Source: Geosiphon pyriformis uo1
Taxonomy: Eukaryota > Fungi > Glomeromycota
Length of the DNA: 64,000 nt
Direction of reading: 5' to 3'
Assembly (NCBI GenBank): GCA_016748015.1
Contig: JAAOMT010000046.1
Span: 310,001-374,000, forward strand
In this document: in pieces, positions 1 to 12,541 of the stretch
Layout of the letters: every line of letters begins with the position of its first letter
Numbering within the stretch: position 1 is the stretch's first letter
Translations under genes and position numbers: made by a program
Notes under the pieces: generated by a model
Told to the model about the DNA's origin: nothing
The model's database searches: none
The model's input: the letters and a program-made list of their open reading frames with translations, nothing else

Positions 1-330
1 TATATATAAATAAAACAAAATAAATATTTAACACAAAAATACTACAACAACTTGAACAATTTGTAAAAAAAAACAATCTATTCACATAGACATAAGCAAT
101 ATACCAGTTACAAACAAAGTTTTAAAACTGTTTAAAAATACTGTTGTATTTAATAATAAATATAGTAACCATCATCCAATTGGAAAAAATTACCAATACC
201 CAATTTAAAAAATTACAGACCAATATTGTCTAAGTAATTTTTGAGAAAAAAATGATGAAGTTAATCTAAGAAAGAGATTTAAGAGATTTAGAAAATTTTA
301 ATAGAGCTCAATATTAAAAAAAAGGAATAA
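1..330 (+). mobile_element. 3' internal end of a family-A Ty3/Gypsy element (A2): ORF3 remnant (stop 315-317) and polypurine tract
   Basis: Colinear with 28988-29314 of element A1; translates to ...ILQQLEQFVKKNNL...ITNTQFKKLQ...FNRAQY*; followed by aaaaaggaataa and an LTR. Confidence 0.85.
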
Positions 331-1165
331 TATTACTTATAAAAATTAAGAATTATAATAATAAATAAAAATAACCAATCAAAAATAGGTGTAATAAAAT
401 AGAGAATTCCAAAATTCTCTTAAAAAATTGCAGAATTCTAGGATTCTTTTGAAAAATTGCAAAATTCCAAAATTCCAGAATTTTTTTGGAGAATTGCAAA
501 ATTTTTCAAAAATCTTATATAACACAAATTATGTATATATAGTAAGAATATTAAAAGCAGAAAAGTATTTAGAATTTGATAGAATTCAGAACTATAATAT
601 TCTTCTTTCAAAAAATAGTTTTTTATAACTTAAAGCAAAAATTTATCTATATTAATAAAAATATCTAATTATCATCCAATCTATGTTATTATTATTTAAT
701 TAAGAATATTAATCACTTTTATATTATCAATATTTTATGTTAATAAAATCTAATACTTAACTATACTAAACCAATAGCTCTTAATTATGACTCTTGACAG
801 AATACTAATTTTTTATTTTTTTTTATTTTTTTTTGTTTTGTTTCTTTGTTGTTTATTAATTAATTAAAGAGATTAAGTACTGAGTATTTAATATTAAAAA
901 TAGTCCAGTAAAAAACCTGGGAATAAGAATAAAAATTTAAGAATAGCTTACCAAAAAGACATAACTGTCAGAATAAACCAGCCATTATACTGAAAAAAAA
1001 AATTCATAGAAAAAACCATTAATTGAATTTCTATCTATTATACAAAAAATTCAACTAAAATTTTTAAACTCTAAAATCTTCAGAAATAACTACTATTACC
1101 AGCTATTGAGCATCAAGTTATAAATTTGTTATTTATATTAATACCTTAAATAATTATTTGTAACA
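331..1165 (+). repeat. 3' LTR of Gypsy A2 (family A, degenerate)
   Basis: Starts TATTAC (from TGTTAC) right after the PPT and ends TGTAACA; has the GAATTCCA-type repeats and is homologous to 29315-30143. Confidence 0.88.
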
Positions 1166-2212
1166 ATACATTTAGAAACAACAAATAATTTTTGAATTGC
1201 CAAATAATTACAAACTATATATACAAGATAAAAAAATTGTGTTTAATATGCTTAAATATTGAATTATTAATAAAATGTTAATTTAAATAAATATTTTTTG
1301 TAATATATCTTTCACTATGTCATTATATCTATTTCTCTATTGGCCATTTTTTTAGAGATATAATGATCAATTTTATTAAGTTTTTATTATTATTATTATT
1401 ATTAAAGTTTGTTTTTAATATAGATTGTATGACTGATGCTATAATATTATTAAAATTGTTATTCAACAAAAAACTATTATTTGATGTTAGTATAATGTTC
1501 AGTATATATTTTATTTTAAAGAGAGTATTTATTTTAAAGATTTATTTATTGTGTAAAAATTAGAAAATAAAACTGTTTAAATAAATTAATAACTTATAAT
1601 TTTTTTATTTTATTAATATTGTTATCCAAAAATTTTTTTTTTTATAAAATAATAAAATTTTCACCTTGGATTCAATACAGTACAAAACATTACAATTGTA
1701 TTTGTTTTAGAGTAATATTCAATTAACTTTTCTTTTGCTGTTCTAGCTATTATAACAAGTAATAGATCTAATATTAAATATGTTAAATAAATAACTAAAT
1801 AAATCCAATTAAGATTATAATGCTTTACTAGATTTATTATTATCAACTATGTCTTCAATGTAATTAAAAATAATATTAAAGAGAGGAATAATTAAGGAGA
1901 CAGTATTATTTGAACTGGCTGATATTTTGACTATAATATTTTTAAATAGTTCAAGAAATTTAGCAATTTTATCAAAAACAACTCACTAATCATATGAAAT
2001 GACATATTAATAAAAATTAATGTGAGTACTAGTAAGAGTGTTGAATGTTTATAAATTTACAGTTAGAATTTTTGTATTCAAAATATATGAAATCAGAAAT
2101 AAACAACTTGCTAATTTAAGAGATAATCTATTTTTAATTATGTTATAAGTAAAATTCTACTAAATAAAACAATCCAGAATAGATTTATGGTATTTAATTT
2201 GACATGTATTAC
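1166..2212 (-). pseudogene. hAT transposase, C-terminal part (insertion domain and hATC dimerisation domain)
   Basis: ILDCFI**NFTY (=DxxTRWNSTY), FLELFK...IIPLFNII, KEKLIEYYSKT...TVLNPR*K (=LDPRxK), DIMT**K (=WWK), CNYLAIQ...SKC (=RDYLAI...SER); short intron-like gaps. Confidence 0.85.
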
Positions 2213-2344
2213 TTTTTTTTATTAAAGTTTAACGAGTAGAGTCCAAACACCACTTAGCACTATACATCATACAAATGATCTAAACTAGGTGTGAATTATG
2301 TCTTTGCTACATGTGACCAGACACTTTGACTGGTCAGAACAACA

Positions 2345-5300
2345 CTACACACTTATATGAACAGAAGCCATGTCACCAACACTTGCATAAAACAAACAAT
2401 GCTTATGATACCCAAAACTGATGCCAAGTGCATCAGCAACACCCAACAACCTAATTACTCTAGCCAAAAGCTGTGTAGAAAAACCAGAAACAGCAACAGG
2501 AATGGAACCATCACATGGAATCAGCTTGTTCTTTTTTATAATGGCCCGGTGTTTCACATGGACCAGCCAGATATTATCACAAAATGCAAGACAAAACTCA
2601 CATACAAAATTCACAACATTAACCACTGCCACTTTAAGATCCTTATAAACAGAAACAGACTTGTGATACCAATCGCCAAAAACAAAGCCCTTACACAGGG
2701 CTGTACTGACAGTTACATCCGAAATACAAGTTGACAACAACTGCGATATGCATGAAGAAGAACAAGACAGACCAGAACGCACCTCCCAGGCAGCTACATA
2801 AGTGTTCAACAAACTGGTGCGACTATCAGTGTCAGAAAAGCAAGAAAAAACATGGTCTGAGACTTCAACCTCGCCACAAAACAAACAAACTACACTGGGA
2901 TAACCCCTATCATATAAATGCTTTTGCACAGCAACAGAAAGGTGATGATGAAGGGCTTTCATGAAATATGTACAAAAGCCAGCTGTCAAAATACTAGTAA
3001 AACCAGTCGTCATATGGGAATCCAGGTGCCACATCAGAGAGGACCTCAACCAGTCAATATCAGCACATAGACAACCTGGAACAACCCAAGAACCAGAACC
3101 AACCTCCCAATGCATGCAATTGATAGACCTGAATATGTCATGAACAAAATGCCTCAAATTACCAGAAACCGTATTAACACCAGCCTTCAAAAACCTCTTA
3201 CTGACCAAGTGAGGCAGGTGCCAGGCAGAAAGGGCAGCATCCTTAGCAAGTGCATCAGCCTGCTCATTGCCTGAAACACCTGAATGGTCTTTAACCTTAA
3301 TCCAATTAACATCCAAATTTTTGCAATAAATAACATTGGCAATGTGACAATACTATTACAGGTGATTATTTCTACTGTTGAATTAAATAACAAACCTGTA
3401 ACTTGGTGTTCAAAAGCTACTTCTGTGAATGAGGTTCTGCAAGTGTTGTATCTAAAGGTTTTGATGGGGTTTTTTATATAATGAACAAAGATTCAATAGT
3501 GTTGATAGTAGATGTATCTTTCAAGAGTTTTCCCAATTTCTTTCTCAGCATGGTGGCTGGATTTAGTCTGGCAGTCGTGCTCTTCTGGTAAGCTATCCAA
3601 TAATATATAAAATCCTACTTTTATTTCTGGGTCTTTTACCAAACTATCCTTGATGTCAATAACTTAGTGCTTAATCTTTTAATCAATTAGTATACAACAA
3701 CAAAAGCAAAAGAAAGAAAATAAAATAAAGAAAATAAAAATAACGAAAATAGAAAAAATAAGCCAAGGCAATTTGGTACATTAGTATCTCATTAATAGCT
3801 GATCAAGAGCTATTGTTCCAGCATGGTTAAGTATCAATTACTATCAACATAAAGTGTTGATAGTAGAGAGTGGGTTGAGATATGGAAGGATTATTTATTT
3901 GATGATTGGAAACTAAAATGTTGTTTAGATTAAATTTAAACTGGAAGGTCTAAACTAAAAGAGTTTGTTTTTTTTTTGTATTTTTAATAATTATAATTTG
4001 CGAGTCTAATTGATTCTATGAGTCTAATTGACTTCACAAATCAATTAACTCTGAATCTCATTAACTAATTTTCTAACTTCTGATACTACTGCTATATATA
4101 CGTATTTGAGATTCTTCAATTCCTTAATTCTTCATGTCAGAAATCCTGGAATTCCTGGAATTCTGCAATTATTTTGAGAGGAATTCTGGAATTCTGGAAT
4201 CCTGCAATTCCTTATACAAGAATCCTGAAATTCCTAGAATCCTGCAATTCTTCTAAGAAGAATCCTGGAATTCCACATTTACTACATCTACCTCTGATTG
4301 GCTAATTTATCTGCTAATATACTTTCTATATTCTATGAGTAACAATGCTCAATTCAACAATAATTCCTGAAATCAGAGCCAACTGATAAAGACTCTGATC
4401 TGCAAACATCTAAAGCTGTCTGGCTGTCTGAGAACAAGTCAACCAAACAAAAAGAAGGAACACACTTAAGAGCTAAAACAATGGCCTGCAACTCCACCAA
4501 AGTAGAAAAAACCAAACCAGAAACCCCCACACCCAGACCCAAATCAATGTTCTCAAAGAAAACTGCAGTATCAGCCAACATGTCAACAGTGCCCAAATTA
4601 CTCAGAGACCCATCTGTGTACACAGAAAGGCGGGTGGCACTAACATTCAACAGATCATTACAAATAACACCAAAACCAAAAGACTGACAGATGTCAGAAG
4701 AACCACAAACACCCTCATAAGGAGAATGACTAGAAAGAGAAGCCACACCACCAAGAAAACATACAGAGAGATCAAACCAGGAGAGGACCGGACCATGGGG
4801 GTCCAATCTTTTCCAATGCTTGAAAGTCTTTCAATTAAAAACAATGCCATTCTGGTCACAAAGCTGGTCTACAAAAGCTATATCATAATGCCTGAGGGAA
4901 GAGACACATTTAAAGAAAATTGTCTTGCTGAGAACTAGAAACATAGGAGTACCACTCCGAAGATGAAAAGCACTGGCCAAAGAGCCACCCAGAGACAAAT
5001 CACATCTGGAAAAAATATGAACCACACCTGCCAAAAAGTTGTTTGAAGGGCTGACTCTAACATAAACAAAAAACAACAAAGAGGGATGAAAACGCCAGCT
5101 GAGAACCTGAAGATCATGAGACTTATAAGAAAACAAGCAACCAAATTTGCAAAAGCAATGACAGAAGCCAATTTGCTCTCAGCCTGAATCTGCTCAAAAG
5201 TTTTTAAATTATACAAAAAAGGATGATGAAACACATCATTGGAAAAGTTCAAAGGCAGTCCAGATTTGGACTTTAGACCCTTGCGAATCAAAGCATCTCA

Positions 5301-8014
5301 TTTATTACACACACTGAGAGGAATAAAACTGAACTGAGTTCTGTAGCTGACAATAGGAAAGAGAACTGAAGACACCAAATAAGTGAACTGTTTATCTGAA
5401 ATAGCTTTTCTCAAAATGAGATTGATGAAAAACCAATCATCTGAATGCGCTTAAACCAAGCTAGGCTTCAAAAAATCTTCAGAAAATAAAAAAATCCTCA
5501 GATAATGATGAGGTTCACCTCTTTTAGCAATAAAAATTGGCATACCACTAATAGTTAGGTAAGGAACAGTAATCTGACAGTTAATAGGAATGACCACAGT
5601 CTTGTTATTGTTTATTGAAATGTCATTTAAACAAAAAAAATCACTAGCAACATTAAAGATGTGTTGTGTAGCAGCCTGGCTGCTACCAATTCAGATAGTA
5701 TCATTAACAAAAGCACCAGCAGCCAGAAACAATGTCAGCCCAGCTTGAGATTCCATTCAGCCAGTCTTAGAAATGAAATGAGAAATCAATCTGTAACCAC
5801 AAATGCTCTTCTGTCTCTTAACCTCACACAAAAGCAAGTCATAAAATATGCACCAGAAAAGTGGTGAAAAAACCTCCCTCTAATCCAATTCATTATGAAC
5901 ATGATATCCATCAGTCAAACCAAAATCTGTCATCACTCTGTTAGTGTGACCATTATGAATGCTACCAAAAAATCTGATAAATTTGTCACACATTTTGATT
6001 CTGATCAAACTCCTCTTGAGATGCTCCCAACCAACAGAATCATAAGCTTTGCACATATTTTGTAAAACCAGCCACAACTCTCAGTTCTTTTCCAAAGCAT
6101 CTTTGATCACTAAACCAATAGCGAAGATAGGCAATTAAGTAGATGTACTTTTTAAGACAGAGAAATTGTCTCCATAGAAAATATCAAAAGTGCTACAAGC
6201 CAGAGAGATCTGATCTGAAAGAATCTTGAAAAGGATCTTGCAAGCTGTCTCAATCAAAGCAATAGGGCGGATATTTGTAAGAACCTCCTTCTACTCATAA
6301 AGTTTAGGAATCATCGAGACCCAGGCTTTCCTCCAAGGTCCAGACACTGACTTACAACCCAAACAAAAATTTAAGAGCACCAAAAGCATATCCAAGACCG
6401 ACTTGTCACAGTGTTTCTAAAGTTCATTAGTAATACTAGAAAGACCAGCTGCTTTCCCATCAGGCAAATTTGAAATAACACCAAACATCTCATCAAAACT
6501 GATTGAATGTATTACATTAAAGAAGGCACCATTGAAGACATGATCCAAAGACCGAAACTGCCTTGCCCAATTACCAGAGATATCAGAAGTCACTACATGT
6601 TTTCTAGTCCAACTCTCCATGATTCCATTTATCTTAGATTTAACCAAATCAGGCTCTAAGACCAACTCCTCACCATCCACCAAATGATCTAACACCACTT
6701 TATGAAAAGGACACTCCAAAACACTTCTAATGGTGTGATCCTTATTCACCTCAAAACTCTCCATTCTCTTCTCAATAGCCTACCTTATACGAGATTCTTC
6801 AGCATGCTTAGATTCCAATAACTTAAAAGAGTGGTAAGACTTTCTCGCTTTAGCCAGTCCAGAATGGATTGCATTAAAACTGGGGCCAGAAAAAAATAGA
6901 AATTTCACTAATAAAGCACCCACAGAATCAAGCCTGTTTCAAGTATTCAACAACAAGGCAAAATCTCTGCCAGAAACCAATTGAGAAATCTTCACCAGTT
7001 TAGACACAAGTAGTTCCAGTTTATGAAACCAGAAAGACACCTTATTAAAAACACAATCAAAACTTTTAAACCATTTTTTCTTGAATGTTCTACCAGCTGA
7101 AAGAACCATAACCTTATGAACAATGTCCCACATCACATCCAGATCAGAAAACTGCTTAGCTGCAACAAACTCATCCGAGAACATAACAGCATTAGCAGCC
7201 ATAACAACCCTGAATTCTGACCACTTAATCTCACTGGCATTTTTGATATCATACTTCTAACAATCTCTATTAGCTTGTTTGTGCAATGAGTTCAACTGGA
7301 TATTGAGCAGGCCACCAGACCCACAGAAACATAAACAGCCTTGTGATCAGTATCAAAATAGTTCTCAACGCCATCCACACCATAATCTATCACTGCACCA
7401 ACCAAATTAGAAGAAACAAACATGTAGTCAATTGTCTTAGTGATACCACAAAAATTGCACCAAGTAGGTGACTTCACAAAAGAGCTCCCCCCCAGAGAGT
7501 TAATCAAACCCAAATCAAAACACTTTTTGAAACTGGCACATTTGTGCAAACTATCCTCATTAAAATCACCACCAAGAATAACAAAAGAAAACTCATTAAT
7601 GGCTTTAGCAATGAGAGAATTGATCTCACCAGCCTGAGAAAACCAAACCACTGATGAAGCACCAGCATAGAGTCTCAAAATAGACACTGAAAGTTTATTT
7701 TTAAAAAGAAACTTGATAGATAAGAGCTGACCAGGCACCTCAGAAACTTTGCAGACGTGTTTTGCCAAAGAAGAATTCATGATGATTAACACCTTAGCAC
7801 CCAAAGAACCAGAATTCAGACCAGAAGTAAAAACCCGAACACCATCAAATTTGTTGGTCAACCATGGACAAACTTTTCTTTTAAGTTTCGACTTTGTAAA
7901 AATAGAAACCAAATTGTTTATATCCTTATGCCAATGAATGACATCATTTTGCTTTGCAGAATTGTTCAACCCATAAACATTACATGTAGCAATTTTTCAT
8001 ATTAAACCACTCAT
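2345..8014 (-). pseudogene. LINE A ORF2: APE endonuclease, RT, RNase H, Cys/His finger (stops and frameshifts; split by a solo LTR)
   Basis: GGDFN, TIDY, FDTDH (APE); KAYDSV and QG (RT); VYTDGS, ELQAI, SDSQ, HSG..GNE.AD (RNase H); CLFCGEVEVSDHVFSC. Confidence 0.93.
3354..4344 (-). repeat. Solo LTR of Gypsy family A (991 bp) inserted in the RNase H domain of LINE A
   Basis: Minus-strand termini TGTTAC...TGTAATA; 4-bp TSD atac (3350-3353) / atgc (4345-4348); LINE frame IE-H-CHIAN rejoins; homologous to the A1 LTRs. Confidence 0.92.
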
Positions 8015-9802
8015 TGAGAAAGAGGTAGAGGAAGAGCACCACCTGCCAAAGCCAAACCATCCAAGTGTGTTGAAAGGATCATGACCAAAGCAAAGAGATT
8101 TTCCAACATGTTTTCTAATTTTACAACCTCAGGTGAGACAGTTGAACCCAGAATAGCAGCAGTCTTGTTACTAGTGGCATCACCTGAACCCACTCCCATC
8201 ACTATATTTTCCTCTTGATTCTGTGATGAGGGGGTCACTGGCAGCTGACATCCAGAGCTAGGCTGGGAAACTGCCAGCATGAATAATTCCAATCTCTTAG
8301 CCAACTCACCAATTTGTTCCGCGAGGCTGATAAGACTGCTTTCAATACGAACCAAACATTTTTCTAAATCATTCGCAGCAGAAGGGAGAGGTTTACCAAC
8401 ATTGTTAAAACCAAGAAACAAACCAGCACCATGAGAATTGCACACCAGAAGAGCACCAACAACTGATGCCCAAGTTTTACCACTGAAGACCAATGGACAA
8501 GAAATGAATGTGGATTTCCAAGCATAGATAGTTACCAATCTGATCTGATTCTGAGCAGAAAGAGGTGTTTTTCTGCCCCTTAGAGTTGAACCAACCTTAA
8601 CCAAAACACAATTGAGAGATGTATGACCAGAAAGACTGCAGACCAAGCACAGTGCCAAAGAGAGGTAAAACCAGTGAAGACCAATCCTTTTTATAACTGG
8701 AGTTGCAGCCATCGCACTAACCAGATCAGATTCAGACCCAAAGCAAACAGTAGCACAGTAAGCATGGGCGTAGCTAACAGGATTATGATCAATAACACAT
8801 GTTTTTCCACCAACCAAACCAACGAAATTCCAAAGGTCATAAGCATTTGTCCCTACAGAAAGAGTGTATAGCAGCACTCTGAATTCATCCCTGGAATCCC
8901 ATGTCTGTTTGTTAACATTGGCCCTGACCACACATACTGCATCCTTTCCAATGAGGATAGATCATTTGGATGCCAAGAGATCAGTCTGATTCTGATCTTC
9001 TAATTTGATGATTGCTTTTTGCCACAGACTCACAAGTTGCATCTTGATTAACTTAATCAATCCAAACTCAGACATGGTAGCATGCACAGCCTCCACGGAA
9101 GTTCCCACAGGAATTTTTTTCATCACAATTGTCCAATCCATATGGTTGTTCAAAGGATGCTTGAGATCAGTGTTTACCACAATTATTTGCCAATTTCCCA
9201 GCAGCCATCATTGCCTTTTCCAAAGTGAAAGTCGCACGAATAATTCCACCAAATTTTGAGGGAGTAGAAGCTCCCCCAAAACCATTCACACTTGAAAAAA
9301 TTTTCCTGATAAAACTCAATTTTTCCTGAAAGAACTTCCCAGTGATGACCACAAGATCAATATCTAAAGTAAAGGATTTGCAAACAGGCACTTGAATGGT
9401 CAGTTTGATAGGTAGAGGGGGCAGGAGAAGAGAGAAATCGTCTAACATGTTATCATTTGTATTAACAGTATCATAATTAATTACACCCAGAGGCTTCCCT
9501 AACACCTTTTTGGTCTTTACACATAAACCCTTTGACATCTGATTAGAATTCCCTTCCATGAAAGCACCACCTTCACCATAGTCAATACTGGTTTCTTCAA
9601 CTAAGCACTTCTTCTCCATGTCAATACTCTCAGACTCAGTAGTGTCACCTGTCTCAGAACCCCATAAACAAGCACCAGAAGCATCAGCAGCAACTTTTCT
9701 ATTACCAATACCCTCTGCCAATACACCTTCCTTCCTCTTTTTCCTCGACACAACCACCTTGAAACCATTCTCAAAACCAGAAACTTTAATAGTCTTCTTC
9801 AT
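8011..9802 (-). pseudogene. LINE A ORF1 (RRM, RRM, CCHC knuckle, coiled coil)
   Basis: ORF pieces 9167-9802, 8962-9180 and 8011-8931; CLVCSLSGHTSLNC knuckle; stop overlaps the ORF2 ATG (ATGA). Confidence 0.9.
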
Positions 9803-9961
9803 AACAGCAATAACAGAGCCAACAGTGGCTTCATAATCAAAAAACAGTTTTGATTTATTGTACTGAATGGTAAAAAAACTTCTTTCGAAAAAACTTTTGA
9901 CTCTTTTTTGGGAATTTTGGATGAAAAAGAGAAAGAAGTTTTAATTATTTTTATGTATTAC

Positions 9962-10285
9962 AGATATGTTTAAGGAGCTTAAAACATTGAAATAAAAAAC
10001 AAATTGCAAAATTAAGTTTTCTAATCTTTAATTTATATAAAATTTACATTAAGAAAATTTTAGATAAATATATTTGGTTTGGATTTTTAACAAATATCTT
10101 GAAAACATCATCTTTCATTTTATTTAAAACCACCTATACTATCAAGTTTAGAATATAATTAAAACATCAAAATCAAAGATCTTCCAAGTTTTATTGAATG
10201 TTTTTATCTTTTAATTTTCACACTAATTTTTTTACAAAAGTATCATTATTTATAGCATTGTTAAAAGTAATAGCAAGAAACTATT
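9962..10285 (-). pseudogene. hAT transposase, middle part (second catalytic Asp region and CxxH motif)
   Basis: FLAITFNNAINND (=ITxDNAxNN) and *F*CFNYILNLIV (=RFRCxxHILNL); continues in frame into the 2212 side after an intron-like gap. Confidence 0.85.
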
Positions 10286-10373
10286 AAAAAAAATTAGATT
10301 ATAACTAATAAAATTAATAATAAACTTGTAAAAAAAAAAGATAAGTATAACTTTTTTTTAAACTTTTTGGCTG

Positions 10374-10596
10374 AAAATTTGGTTCAAGACAATAATAAAA
10401 ATTACTTAAGTTAATATTAAAAAAATACAGTTTTCAATAATATAAATACTGTGATAACTCTAAACTTCAGATGATGCTAATACCAAAAATTTAGCTCTGA
10501 AGCAATAATAAAAACCAACTTAAATCAATATTGAAAAAATGCAATTTTCAATAATATAAATACTATAATAATTTTAAGTCTTAAATAATACTAATA
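10374..10596. repeat. Two diverged tandem copies of a ~113-bp unit
   Basis: caataataaaaa at 10390 and 10503; ttttcaataatataaatact at 10431 and 10545. Confidence 0.8.
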
Positions 10597-10739
10597 AAAA
10601 AAAACTTTTTTCTTTCCTTCGTTCCAAATTTCTAAAAAAGAGTCACAAGTTTTTTGAAAGAAGTTTTTACAATTCAGTATGAAAATCAAAACCATTTCTA
10701 CTTGACTACGAAACTGTTGTTGGTCCCAGTGTGACTGTG

Positions 10740-12541
10740 ATAAAGAAATCTGTCAAGAGCTTTAGTATAGATACTGTTAACAAAGATATTGTCTCTAGAA
10801 AGAAAAGAAAAGAGGGTGTTCTGAAAGACAGTGTTGTTCATGGAATGGTTTTACCTGATAAACCAGTTGGTGGTTCTTGGGAGTCTGAAGCTAGTAACAC
10901 TACTGAATCAAACAGTGTAGATATGAAGAGGGAGTTCTTGATTGAGGAAACTAGTGTGGATTATAGAGAGAGAGATGTTCTTAAAGGAATAGACAGTAAC
11001 CAAACGCCAAAGAGTCCGAGAGTGGTTACCAAGCAGGCTTTGGGTAAGTCTTTGGGCAAGATCAACTTTCTGGGCAACAATGATGATGATGACATTCTCC
11101 TGGATAAACCTGTGGTGCTTCCCCCTATTTTAAAAAGCTGGTCAATGTGTTTGCTAAGAAGTCTTTTGCTTTGGATATTGATCTAATCAATGTTTCTGGA
11201 AAATCTGCTCAGGACAAGCTGGCTGTGGTCAGAAAATTATTTTCAAAAATCAATGGTTTTGGGGGGGGGGCCTCTACCCCCTCAAAATTTTCTGGAATCA
11301 TTCGGGCAATATTCACTTCTGAATCAAGTTTGATAAAAGCTACCAAGTTGGTTACTGATGCGAAAATCCTGGTAAACACCAATCTCAAAAAATTATTTAA
11401 ATGTTCAGATCGGGCTGTGGTGTTAAAAGAAATTCCAATTGGGACATCACCTGAGGCTGTGCGTGCTGTGCTATCTGAGTTTGGTTTGATTAAATCAATC
11501 AAGATGCAATTGGTAGGGCTGTGGCAAAAAGCTGTAGTCCAATTTGAACAAGTTGATTATGCTAATTTGGTCACAGCAAAATAATCTATTCTAGTTAGAA
11601 AAGATGCAGTGCATGTTGCCAGATCAGATTTGGACAAAAAAACTTGGGATGCGAGGAACTGTTATAGGACTTTGCTCTATACTTTACCAATAAACACAAA
11701 TACTTATGACATTTGGGACTTTGTTTGCTCTGTGGGTGGGAAAACATGTGTAATTGATTGTCATCCAGTTACTTATGCTTGGGCCAGATGTGCCACTGTC
11801 TGTTTTGACTCGGCTAAATCATTGGATGCCATCATAAAAACCATGCTTGTGCTAAAAAGTGCTCATCTCTATTGGTCTTATCTTAGTTCTGCTGTATGTG
11901 CAAAGTGTGGGAAATTTGGTCATTCTTCTCTGAACTGTGTTTTAGATAGAAAATTTTCTTCTGGTGGCTTACCATGTCAGGTTCTTTTAGATACAGATAA
12001 AAGCAGGCTGGCAGCCATTTATGTCAAGCATTTAGCACCCATTGCTCATCCTGTTTCTTTTGGCAGTGTCTCATGGGCCAAAATTGTTGGTGGGTCCTTT
12101 TTTCCTCCTCTCCCTGTTCGGAATGTTTCATTGAATGATGGCTCCTCTTCAGAGATGAAGCCTACCTTTCCTGTTGTGAATGATTTAGAGAAAAGGTTCA
12201 CTGTTTTGGAAAGCAGTATTGTCAACCTTGCAGGATAAATAGGTGAATTGGCTAAGAGATTGGACTCATTCATGTCAGCAGTTTCCCAGCCTAGCCCTGG
12301 ATGTCAGCTGTTGGTAACCCCCCCATCACAGGATCAGGTGGGTGATGTAGTGATAGAAGAGGGCTCAGGTGAGGCCACTGGTGGTGATATTGCTGCAATA
12401 TCAGTTTTTTCTGCATTGTCTAAGGTGAAAAGGCTAGAGAGTATGTTGGAAGGACTTTCTGCTTTGGTTTTGAGTCTAATGGCAAGATTTGATGATTTGA
12501 TTCTGGCTAGTGGTGCGCTTTCTAAATTTCTTTCTCAATGA
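10740..12541 (+). pseudogene. LINE B ORF1 (RRM x2, CCHC knuckle, coiled coil); start codon mutated ATG>ATA
   Basis: VVLKEIPIGTSPEAVRAVLSEFG (RRM), CAKCGKFGHSSLNC; ATGA overlap at 12538-12541. Confidence 0.9.

Larger units (their letters stand above)
2213..9952 (-). mobile_element. LINE A, full-length non-LTR retrotransposon containing a solo LTR
   Basis: Poly(A) at 2213-2220 on the minus strand; 9-bp TSD atgtattac at 2204-2212 and 9953-9961; the hAT frame (KHICNTCQIKY) rejoins across the TSD. Confidence 0.95.

Noticed and set aside
428-1563. Short AT-rich ORFs (428-628, 1363-1563; likewise 33089-33686 and 35602-35814) as host genes
   Set aside because: They lie within LTR, hAT or decayed pol sequence and have the low-complexity I/K/N/F/L composition expected of mutated repeats.
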